Assembly: GCA_949294455.1 (NCBI GenBank)
Contig: CASFHD010000002.1
Coordinates: forward strand, 20,724 to 84,723
Source of the DNA: an uncultured Christensenella sp.
Lineage (GTDB): Bacteria > Bacillota > Clostridia > Christensenellales > UBA1242
Direction: 5' to 3'
Length of the DNA stretch: 64,000 nucleotides
This document shows positions 19,775-27,751 of the stretch, piece by piece. Positions within the stretch are counted from its first letter, which is position 1; each line of letters begins with the position of its first letter. Under the pieces are notes generated by a model. That model saw nothing but the letters and a program-made list of their open reading frames with translations. It made no database searches and was not told the DNA's origin. Both the position numbers and the translations under genes were made by a program.

Positions 19775-20091
19775 ATTTTTATTATATAAATAAATAATTT
19801 TTTTGATACAAATTAATGTGTTTTTTGTGATTTTATAGTTTTTAGATTAATAAATTAAAATTTATTTTAGTATGCAATATTATATTTTAAATTACAGTAA
19901 ATTAATGTAATAAGTTTTAGATTGTTTTTTTATCAAATACGAATTAATTTAAAAATTATTTAAAGTAATCTAAATTATAAAGTATATTTAAATTGTTTAG
20001 TGTTATATATGTAAATATTTAATTTAATAAAGAAAACAAATCCTTGAAAAATAAATGTTTTTGTTGTATAATGAAATTATTGAGGTGTTTT

Positions 20092-21291
20092 ATGGAAGTA
20101 TTATCACCAGCAGGTGATTTTAATAAATTGAAAATTGCAATAAATTACGGCGCTGATGCTGTTTATTTCGCTGGCAACAAATTCGGTCTTAGAACTTTTG
20201 CTGGCAATTTTACTGACGATGAAATAGTTGAGGCAATCAAATTTGCTCATTCTAAAAATGTGAAATGTTACATAACTTGCAATATTTTAGCAAGGACTGA
20301 TGATTTTTCAGACCTTATTAAATATGTTAAGTTTTTGAATGAAAATAACGCCGATGCTGTAATCGTATCAGATATAGGGGTCTTTTTAGCAATAAGAAAA
20401 GCTGTTCCTGATATTGACATACACATTTCAACGCAATGTAACATTTTGAATGTAGAAACGGCAAAGTTTTTTGCTGATGCTGGTGCTAAACGACTTATTT
20501 TGGCAAGAGAACTAAGCCTCGAAGAAATTAAGAAAATCAAAGAGGCAGTGGGCAACAAAGTAGAAATTGAATGTTTTGTTCACGGTGCTATGTGTATTAG
20601 TTATTCTGGAAGATGCCTGCTTTCCAATTTTATGACGGGCAGAGACAGTAATAGGGGTGCTTGCGTACAATCTTGCAGGTGGAATTATGAAGTTAGAGAA
20701 GTATCTAGAGAATCCTCTTTCCCTGTTGAAGAAGATAAATTCGGAGCCTATATTTTTAATTCAAAAGATATGTGTATGATAGAACATATTAAAGATTTAT
20801 ATCTAGCAGGAATTGATAGTCTGAAAATTGAAGGCAGAATGAAAACAGAATATTATGTTGCAAATATTACGAATGCTTACAGAATGGCAGTCGATTTGGT
20901 AGAATCTAATAAATTAGTTAGTCAAAAAATTATATATGAAGTTTATAAGAGTTCACATAGAGAATATTGTACTGGTTTTTATTATTCTATGGCTGAAGAA
21001 AATATAAAAACTAGTACCCCTGTATCAGACTATGAATTTGTAGCAATGGTTCTTGACGATACAGATGAATCTGGTTATACTTTAGTAGAAATGAGAAATA
21101 GATTCAAATTGACAGACAAATTAGAATTATTATCACCTAAAAAAATAAAACCATTAAAACTAATTTCTATATTAAATGAATTGGGTGAAGAAATTGATGA
21201 TGTAAAATTAGTTCAATCTAAAGTGAGAATTAAAACTGATTGTAAATTAAAAAAACTTGACATTTTGCGAAGAAAAATTAAAAATAAATAA
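20092..21291 (+). CDS. Peptidase U32 family protein (YrrN/YrrO/TrhP-like)
   Basis: U32 signature ECFVHGAMCISYSGRCLLSN. The start at ATG 20092 follows GAGGTG and lies downstream of a TGtTATAAT -10 at 20063-20071. Confidence 0.8.
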   Translation: MEVLSPAGDFNKLKIAINYGADAVYFAGNKFGLRTFAGNFTDDEIVEAIKFAHSKNVKCYITCNILARTDDFSDLIKYVKFLNENNADAVIVSDIGVFLAIRKAVPDIDIHISTQCNILNVETAKFFADAGAKRLILARELSLEEIKKIKEAVGNKVEIECFVHGAMCISYSGRCLLSNFMTGRDSNRGACVQSCRWNYEVREVSRESSFPVEEDKFGAYIFNSKDMCMIEHIKDLYLAGIDSLKIEGRMKTEYYVANITNAYRMAVDLVESNKLVSQKIIYEVYKSSHREYCTGFYYSMAEENIKTSTPVSDYEFVAMVLDDTDESGYTLVEMRNRFKLTDKLELLSPKKIKPLKLISILNELGEEIDDVKLVQSKVRIKTDCKLKKLDILRRKIKNK

Positions 21292-21301
21292 AAGAGGAAT
21301 T

Positions 21302-22186
21302 ATGAAATTAATTTTAATTTATAACCCTACAACAAAAAATGGAAAAATAAAAAGGTATTTGCCACATATTGAAAAAAGGTTTAGACAAAGGTATTCAGTG
21401 GTCGATTTAGTTGCTTCAAAAGATGCAAAAGATATGGAAAATATTGCTATGAATGCAACTAAAGATTACGATGTTATCTGCGTTGCGGGCGGAGATGGTT
21501 CAATACATATTGTTGCAAATGGTATTTTGAAAAGCGGTAACAAAGCAAAACTTGCAATATTGCCTTTTGGAACTGTTAACGATGTTGCTAAAACATTGAA
21601 TATTCCAACAGATATTGATGGTGCTATCGATGTAATATTGAAAGGTTATGAAATTGATTATGATATGCTAAAAGTGAATGATGAATATATAACTTATTCA
21701 TTTGCAGGTGGTTTGTTTGTTACTTCTAGTTTTAAAACAAATCGGGCTTTTAAAAATGTTTTTGGCAAATTAGCGTATTATGCAAGTGGTTTTGCAGAAA
21801 TATTTAAAAAAAAATCAATACCTTTAACTATAACGGTAGAAGAAGAAAGATATCATGGTAAATATCTTTTAGCATTATGTTTGAATTCTCATTCAGTGGG
21901 TGGCTTTAAACTTAAAGATATGGGAAGTGTTAGCGATGGCAAAATGGATATTATATTAATAGAAAGAGGTAAATGTTATATAAAAGCATTATTAACTATT
22001 GCTATGCTATTTTTAAAGGGAGTATCTAGCGTTAAAGATAAAAAAAATGTAAGAGTAATTTCTTGCGAAAATGCTTTTATCGAAAATCATAGTAATTCCA
22101 CTTTTGCCATAGATGGCGAAGCATATAAGTTTTTGCAAAGGAATATTAAAGTTGATGATTCAATTACAATATTCTATGGGAAGTAA
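21302..22186 (+). CDS. Diacylglycerol/lipid kinase family protein (YegS/BmrU type)
   Basis: Motifs VAGGDGSIHIVANG and LPFGTVNDVAKTL. The start at ATG 21302 follows AAGAGGA. Confidence 0.8.
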   Translation: MKLILIYNPTTKNGKIKRYLPHIEKRFRQRYSVVDLVASKDAKDMENIAMNATKDYDVICVAGGDGSIHIVANGILKSGNKAKLAILPFGTVNDVAKTLNIPTDIDGAIDVILKGYEIDYDMLKVNDEYITYSFAGGLFVTSSFKTNRAFKNVFGKLAYYASGFAEIFKKKSIPLTITVEEERYHGKYLLALCLNSHSVGGFKLKDMGSVSDGKMDIILIERGKCYIKALLTIAMLFLKGVSSVKDKKNVRVISCENAFIENHSNSTFAIDGEAYKFLQRNIKVDDSITIFYGK

Positions 22187-22240
22187 TTGTATTTTCTACA
22201 AAATTATAAAAAATATATCATATTTTTTTTCAATTACCTA

Positions 22241-22268
22241 TTGACAACTAAAAAAAATATGATAGAAT
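22241..22268 (+). promoter_or_regulatory. Sigma-A type promoter of rnpB
   Basis: TTGACA (22241-22246), 16 nt of spacer, then TGaTAGAAT (extended -10, 22260-22268). It sits just upstream of the RNA 5' end. Confidence 0.55.
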
Positions 22269-22274
22269 GATAGC

Positions 22275-22642
22275 GTCAGCTTGGTCAGATGGTCGCAAAG
22301 GCATTGTTATGGTGCTTTTGAGGAAAGTCCGAGCTTCGCAGAGCAGGGTGCTTGTTAACTGCAAGTCTAGGTAACTAGAAGGAAAGTGCAACAGAAATAT
22401 ACCGCTATACCCCTAAGTGTTATACTTCATAGAGCATAGTAAGGATGAAAAGGCGAGGTAAGAGCTTCACCGCAGAATAGGTGACTATTCTGGTCCATGT
22501 AAACCCCACCTGAAGCAAGGTTAAAAGTATCGTTACGGGTCGCTCGCCTAGATACTTAAAAATACCGCTTGAACCTAGTGGCGACGCTAGGTCGAGATAG
22601 ATGACCATCAAATACAGAACTCGGCTTATAGACCAAACTGCC
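22275..22642 (+). ncRNA. rnpB: RNase P RNA (bacterial, Firmicute type B-like)
   Basis: Universally conserved GAGGAAAGTCCG is near the 5' end and ACAGAACTCGGCTTATAGACC near the 3' end. A P1 helix forms between gtcagcttggtc and gaccaaactgcc. G+C is locally elevated and a terminator follows. Confidence 0.85.
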
Positions 22643-22654
22643 ACCTAAATGCTT

Positions 22655-22679
22655 GCACCCGTAAGGGTGCTTTTTTTTT
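22655..22679 (+). terminator. Rho-independent terminator of rnpB
   Basis: GCACCC-GTAA-GGGTGC followed by T9. Confidence 0.8.
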
Positions 22680-22835
22680 GCAAAAAGCAAAAAGCAAAAA
22701 GCAAAAAACAAAAAGCAAAAACAAAATAAACAAAACTAAAAAAACATAAATGAACAAAGAAAATAAACATAAAAGCATATAATAAGAAGGTAATAAGATA
22801 AGTGAAAACCTAAACAAGAAAGATAAACAAATAGG
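22680..22835 (+). repeat. A-rich microsatellite: (GCAAAAA)n that decays into AAACAA(A)GAAA(A/G)ATAAACA-type units
   Basis: The region starts gcaaaaagcaaaaagcaaaaagcaaaaaacaaaaagcaaaaac. It continues with ...gaacaaagaaaataaacat... and ...aaacaagaaagataaacaaat. Confidence 0.6.
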
Positions 22836-23143
22836 TAAAAAAATAATTGTATTATGTTTAAAAAATGTAATAAGCATTAAAATCACAATCAATTCAAATT
22901 ATAGATGCGAAAAATAAATGAAATAAAAACTAAATATTAAAATATCTATAATATTATTTAAAATACTTTATATTGAAATTTGATATAATGTTTATAATAA
23001 ATATAGTCAAGAATAATAAAAAATGATGTAAGATAGACAAAGTTAATTTATTGTAATTAGATTTAAAATTGTATCAAAATTTATATAAAAACAAATTAAA
23101 TAAAATAAAGTTTAATAGATAATTTGATTAGTTCAAAAAAGGA

Positions 23144-23851
23144 TTATAAATATAATCCTATTTTTATTGCTTCATCTTTTAAAAGTTCAAGTGCTTTTTT
23201 TTCAATTCTTGATATGTATGAACGAGATAATCCTAAAATTAGAGCGACTTCCCGCTGAGGAAGTGCGGGTTTATTATTTAAACCATATCTATATGATATA
23301 ACTTGATATTCTCTTTCATCTAAAACTTGTTTCATCATTTTATCTATGTCATCAGTTAAAATTTGTGCGTTTACCACATTATCTGTTTGCTTTTCTTCAC
23401 TCTCAGGTATTATATCCATAAGAGTTACCTCATTTCCATCTTTATCACAAATTAATGCTTCTTCTAAACTTTGCGTTCGCATATGTTTTTTATTAGACCT
23501 AAGTAACATTAAAATTTCGTTTTCTATACATCTTGATGCATAAGTTGAAAGCAAAGTACCCTTTGAAGAATTAAAACTATCTATTGCTTTTATTAAGCCT
23601 ATAGAACCTACAGAAATTAGATCATCTGCATCTTCTGCTCCTGAATATTTTTTTACGATGTGTGATACTAGTCTTAAATTATGAGTAATTAATTTATCGC
23701 GGGCATTTTTGTCTGTGTCTTTTATCAACAATAATTTAGCTTCTTCATCTTTTGATAGTGGTTTAGGGAAACCGTGTGCTTCGCTGTCTTTTACAAATCC
23801 TGTAAAAAACATAACTTTTGACATAAAAACTGATGCACTTTCAAATATCAT
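23144..23851 (-). CDS. sigK: Sporulation sigma factor SigK (pro-sigma-K), uninterrupted
   Basis: The prosequence-type N-terminus ends in FVKDSEAHGFPKPLS. Also present are HNLRLVSHIVKKY, DLISVGSIGLIKAIDSF, YASRCIENEILM and SRSYISRIEKKAL. The VSHIVKKY and FP.PL features favour SigK over SigE. Confidence 0.75.
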   Translation of the reverse strand: MIFESASVFMSKVMFFTGFVKDSEAHGFPKPLSKDEEAKLLLIKDTDKNARDKLITHNLRLVSHIVKKYSGAEDADDLISVGSIGLIKAIDSFNSSKGTLLSTYASRCIENEILMLLRSNKKHMRTQSLEEALICDKDGNEVTLMDIIPESEEKQTDNVVNAQILTDDIDKMMKQVLDEREYQVISYRYGLNNKPALPQREVALILGLSRSYISRIEKKALELLKDEAIKIGLYL

Positions 23852-23983
23852 AAAACCTGCCTTTACAGATTAATATATGAAATAATATGTCGAATTTTGC
23901 CTGTCCTAATAGGTTAATTTTTTTTAACAAATTTTTATGTGCGGAATATTATGTTGTATGATTATAATTATCGTTTCTTTATA

Positions 23984-24008
23984 CATAACCAAAATTAAAT
24001 TGGTTATG
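23984..24008 (+). promoter_or_regulatory. Perfect 9-bp inverted repeat (5'-UTR stem-loop or operator) just upstream of the DUF11 operon RBS
   Basis: CATAACCAA-aattaaa-TTGGTTATG ends 4 nt before the AAGGAG RBS of ATG 24023. Confidence 0.4.
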
Positions 24009-24022
24009 TAAAAGGAGAAAAA

Positions 24023-25726
24023 ATGTCTTTAATATTAAGGTATTCCAATATAAGACGTGGAGGTATTACTTTTATAGGCAACACTCTAGGACTTAGCAAA
24101 AGACAAGACCTAAATCAATCTGGGACTTTAGGCTCAATTGGTGCTTTTACTAGTCTTAACAATGCTTTACAAGTAAATACTTTCCCTAATGGAACGACTT
24201 CAAATTATTTACTAAATGGCTCATCTGCCGTTTTGAATTTGCCTGTTGGAAGTACTGTTTTATATGCAGAACTCATTTGGGGTGGATTGTATAGGTCAAC
24301 GACAAATAATATTTTCAATTTGATAAATAATCCTATAACATTTACCACTCCGCTTGGTAGTAATTCGATAACTTCAGATATTGATACACGTCAAGATTTA
24401 TTGATACCAATTCAAGGCAATATATTAGGCTTTTATGTAAGAAGTGCAAATGTTACTAATCTTGTAGCAAATGCTCTTGCTGGTAACTATAGTGTTAGTG
24501 CTGTGCCTGCTTTAATAGAAGCCATAGAAAACACTACTAACTCTACTAATCACGCAGGTTGGACTTTGGCAGTTGTGTACGAAAATGCTTCTGAAGAATT
24601 AAAAAACTTATCGCTTTGGGCAGGTGGAGTTGTTGTAAATCCTAGTTCAGGTTCTACTGACATTACAATCACAGGTTTTATAACACCGCCTATACTTCCT
24701 ATTACAGGGAAAATTTTTGTGAGTGCCGGAGAGGGCGATGCGGTCTTGAGTGGGGACCAAATGTTGTTCGGAATAAATACTTCTAATTTATCAACTTTGT
24801 CTGGGCCTAATAACCCAGAAACAAACTTCTTTGCCTCTCAAATAAACGGTGATGATGGTTTAATAAATACTTCTGGAAGCTTTGGCACGAGAAATGCTAA
24901 TGCCTTCTTGGGTGGCAATACAACTGCTTGTAGGCAGGGTTGGGATATTACAACTGTAGATATTTCAAATAAATTAGTAGTAAATCAGTTTACTGCAGCA
25001 ATAAGATTTACAACGAATCAAGATTTATATGTGCCAAATGCACTTGCACTTCAAATAGAAAGTCTTGGAGCAAATTTGACTGCTACAAAAAGTGTGGATA
25101 AACAATTCGCAAAACTAGACGAAGAAATTGAATATACTATTTTAGTTGAAAATACGGGCAGTTTAAATGCTCAAAATGCTTTAGTTTTTGACGATTTTTC
25201 TTCCGAATTATCCCTTGTGGCAAACAGTATAACAGTTGATGGTGTAACTGTAGCAGATGTTTTTCCTATAAATTTAGGAACAATTTTGTCAAATCAATCT
25301 AAAACGGTAAAATTTAGAGTTAAAGTAAACTCTATACCAAATATTAATCCTATTTTGAATATTGCTAAAATAAATTATTCTTTCGAACCTTTCAAAGGAT
25401 TTGTTGTAAACTCATCAACTATTACAAATCAGGTATCAACTTTTATTATTAACCCAGATTTGAATATAACTAAATCTGTTGATAAAACCGTTGCAATAAA
25501 AGGCGATACTTTGACTTATAAATCATCAATAAAAAATATAGGTACTTTGCCTGTTTCAAATTTAACATTTACTGATATGATACCTACAGGAACAAACTTT
25601 TTGCCTTCAAGTGTTGTCATAAATGGAGTATTATATCCTTCATACAACCCTGAATTAGGCTTTTCATTACCTAATTTAGAACCAAACGAAGATGTAAATG
25701 TTGAATTTAAAGTAATAGTAATTTAA
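24023..25726 (+). CDS. DUF11 (conserved repeat domain, TIGR01451-type) protein, no signal peptide; candidate spore-surface protein
   Basis: A ~345-aa N-terminal domain (MSLILRYSNIRRGGITFIGNTLGLS...) is followed by two DUF11 repeats. Their pattern is TKSVDK..A..GD.L.Y...V.N.G.....N..F.D.IP.GT.F...SV. Confidence 0.7.
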   Translation: MSLILRYSNIRRGGITFIGNTLGLSKRQDLNQSGTLGSIGAFTSLNNALQVNTFPNGTTSNYLLNGSSAVLNLPVGSTVLYAELIWGGLYRSTTNNIFNLINNPITFTTPLGSNSITSDIDTRQDLLIPIQGNILGFYVRSANVTNLVANALAGNYSVSAVPALIEAIENTTNSTNHAGWTLAVVYENASEELKNLSLWAGGVVVNPSSGSTDITITGFITPPILPITGKIFVSAGEGDAVLSGDQMLFGINTSNLSTLSGPNNPETNFFASQINGDDGLINTSGSFGTRNANAFLGGNTTACRQGWDITTVDISNKLVVNQFTAAIRFTTNQDLYVPNALALQIESLGANLTATKSVDKQFAKLDEEIEYTILVENTGSLNAQNALVFDDFSSELSLVANSITVDGVTVADVFPINLGTILSNQSKTVKFRVKVNSIPNINPILNIAKINYSFEPFKGFVVNSSTITNQVSTFIINPDLNITKSVDKTVAIKGDTLTYKSSIKNIGTLPVSNLTFTDMIPTGTNFLPSSVVINGVLYPSYNPELGFSLPNLEPNEDVNVEFKVIVI

Positions 25727-25736
25727 GGAGATAATT

Positions 25737-26495
25737 ATGATTATAAATAATCTATCAAATGTCGTGTATAGTTATGTTTTGCCTGATGGTAATACTATAA
25801 CTGATACAAAAGATAGTAATGTAGTATCAACAGAAGTTTTAACTTACAATTTTTTGAAAGTAAAATCTTCTAATAAAACTTTTTTAAGAGAAGGTGAAAT
25901 AGCCGAGCAATCTGTTACACTAACTAATTCTTCAAGTCAAAATCTTACAAATTTATTTTTTAAAGATATTATGACTGATGGGGCTTCTCACGTAAGCGGT
26001 AGTGTAATTATAAATGGAATTAGTTATCCACTTTATGATTTAATAACAGGATTTTCACTTCCTAATATGAATCCAGGTGATGTAACAGAAGTAAAATATA
26101 ATGTTATAGCAAATAATCCTTTAACTCAAAATTTAGTAGTTAATCGTGCTAATATATCGTACATTGCTAATGAAACGAACTTTGCTGAAAATACAAATGA
26201 TGTAAATTTAATTGTTGTTTCATCTAGACTTTCTGTAATAAAACAAGTAGATAAATCTGTCGCAGTAAAAGGCGATATCTTGCATTATACAAATACTGTT
26301 TTAAATACGGGGACACTTGATAAAACTAATTTAACATTTAGAGATTTGATACCCGTTGGCACTAGTTTTGTCGTTGGAAGTGTAAAAATTAATTCAGTAC
26401 CACAACCAACATACAATCCGGAAACAGGATTCCCGTTGCCTGATTTGGCAGTCGGTGAAAACGCGATTGTAGAATTTGATGTGGAGGTGATTTAA
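25737..26495 (+). CDS. DUF11 repeat protein (two repeats), no signal peptide
   Basis: The repeat VIKQVDKSVAVKGDILHYTNTVLNTGTLDKTNLTFRDLIPVGTSFVVGSVKING... matches the DUF11 pattern. An AAGGAG RBS precedes it. Confidence 0.7.
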   Translation: MIINNLSNVVYSYVLPDGNTITDTKDSNVVSTEVLTYNFLKVKSSNKTFLREGEIAEQSVTLTNSSSQNLTNLFFKDIMTDGASHVSGSVIINGISYPLYDLITGFSLPNMNPGDVTEVKYNVIANNPLTQNLVVNRANISYIANETNFAENTNDVNLIVVSSRLSVIKQVDKSVAVKGDILHYTNTVLNTGTLDKTNLTFRDLIPVGTSFVVGSVKINSVPQPTYNPETGFPLPDLAVGENAIVEFDVEVI

Positions 26496-26803
26496 TGGAC
26501 GAAATCACAAATATTTCACAAGTCACTGATAATACAACTGACCCAGCTGAAGTAGTTAACAGTAATGTGGTGGTAACAAAAGTAAATGACCCTTTTATAC
26601 CTCCAAAACCTATTGTAAAAATTTATAACAATATTTGGTGTTGTTCAAGATGTAATTGTTGTCGTTTTAGAAAATTTTTCCATTATAAAAATCATTGCCG
26701 TATTATTAGAAAAAGATGGTGTAATAATCAAAATTATTTTAAAATTTCTATTATTAATAAAAACTGTAGAAGAAATACTTCAAACAGAACAAGTTCTAGA
26801 TAA
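26495..26803 (+). CDS. Small protein with a DUF11-like leading strand and a Cys/Arg/Asn-rich tail (reading frame after ~nt 26620 uncertain)
   Basis: The ATG overlaps the upstream TAA by 1 nt. The N-terminal 40 aa resemble the inter-repeat segments of the upstream proteins. A second frame is open across 26619-26806 (see findings). Confidence 0.4.
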   Translation: MDEITNISQVTDNTTDPAEVVNSNVVVTKVNDPFIPPKPIVKIYNNIWCCSRCNCCRFRKFFHYKNHCRIIRKRWCNNQNYFKISIINKNCRRNTSNRTSSR

Positions 26804-26829
26804 TTGAAAAATTTTAATAAAATATTTAA

Positions 26830-26861
26830 ACAAGCAATAAATTATATATTGCTTGTTTTTT
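26830..26861 (+). terminator. Rho-independent terminator of the DUF11 operon
   Basis: Stem acaagcaat/attgcttgt with a 9-nt loop, followed by ttttt. Confidence 0.7.
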
Positions 26862-26980
26862 AAAAAGCAAGAAAACAAACAAGAAAAATAAACAAAGAAA
26901 ATAAACAAAGAAAATAAACAAAGAAGATAAACAAGAAAACAAACAAGAAAAATAAACAAAGAAGATAAATAAAAGATGAA
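26862..26980 (+). repeat. Tandem ~13-bp A-rich repeat (about 8 units of AAACAA(A)GAA(A/G)AT) with a 64-bp higher-order duplication
   Basis: The units read aaacaagaaaaat, aaacaaagaaaat, aaacaaagaaaat, aaacaaagaagat, aaacaagaaaac, aaacaagaaaaat, aaacaaagaagat. Positions 26868-26905 are nearly identical to 26932-26969. Confidence 0.8.
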
Positions 26981-27324
26981 AAGAATATTAAAGATATAAA
27001 AACAAAATAAATACTGTTAAAAAAATATAAATAAAAAAATTTAATTAAAAATATATTAAAAATAAAATATATTATTTTTCAATAAATAATTATAAATAAA
27101 TTAAATTGTATAAAAAAATCAAAAAATATTTTAAATAATATTATTTTTTATAGAAATTTTTAAATTTTTCATTTATTTTATTAAATTTTATTTTTCAAGT
27201 ATTTAATTTTTTTAAATTATTAATATAATATTAATTTTTTTTATTTTTAATAGTAATATTCAAATTAAATTAAATTTGTTTTGAATGTAATAGTAATTAA
27301 ATCATATAAAAGTTGTGTTAAATT

Positions 27325-27358
27325 ATATAAAAAAAAGCCTAATTAAAATTAGACTTTT
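27325..27358 (-). terminator. Terminator-like hairpin downstream of tRNA-Leu
   Basis: On the minus strand: aaaagtctaatt-ttaa-ttaggctttttttt (one mismatch in the stem). Confidence 0.45.
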
Positions 27359-27364
27359 AGTATT

Positions 27365-27450
27365 TGGTGGCGGTGGTCGGGGTCGAACCGACACGAGGTT
27401 GCCCTCACTGGATTTTGAGTCCAGCGCGTCTGCCATTTCACCACACCGCC
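27365..27450 (-). tRNA. tRNA-Leu (anticodon CAA), long variable arm
   Basis: The reverse complement is GGCGGTGTGGTGAAATGGCAGACGCG-CTGGA-CTCAAAA-TCCAG-TGAGGGCAACCTCGTG-TCGGTTCGACCCCGA-CCACCGCC-A-CCA. Confidence 0.9.
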
Positions 27451-27751
27451 ATTAATTCTTTTATCTTATTCTTATGTAGTATAGTTGCATAATGGTTTAT
27501 AAAATAATATATATGTTGTTTATTAATTCATAACTATATTGGTTTTATAAAATCAATACCTTGATATTCTATCATAAGTCTTATTTTTTTGCAAGTGTTT
27601 AATGAAAAAACATTAATTTATTTGTTCTTTTGTTTTTTTTGCTTTGATATTTTTTTTGAAATATGTTAATATATTTCATATTTGTAATTAATTTGCTAAA
27701 AATAATTAACAATATAATTGTTTATATTAATTATACGAGAAAGAGGAACTT

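Noticed and set aside
22420-22892. ORFs 22420-22644 (-) and 22626-22892 (-).
   Set aside because: The first lies entirely within the RNase P RNA gene. The second reads through the rnpB terminator and the T-rich complement of the A-rich microsatellite. Neither has an RBS, and both have implausible composition.
23144-23851. A skin-like intervening element or split sigK, as in B. subtilis and C. difficile.
   Set aside because: The ORF is continuous from the prosequence through regions 2 and 4 (HNLRLVSHIVKKY ... SRSYISRIEKKAL). No recombinase gene is nearby.
26862-26980. Possible CRISPR array, given the regular short repeats.
   Set aside because: The units are only ~13 bp, directly abutting with no spacers, A-rich and degenerate. 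No cas genes are present. This is a microsatellite, not a CRISPR array.
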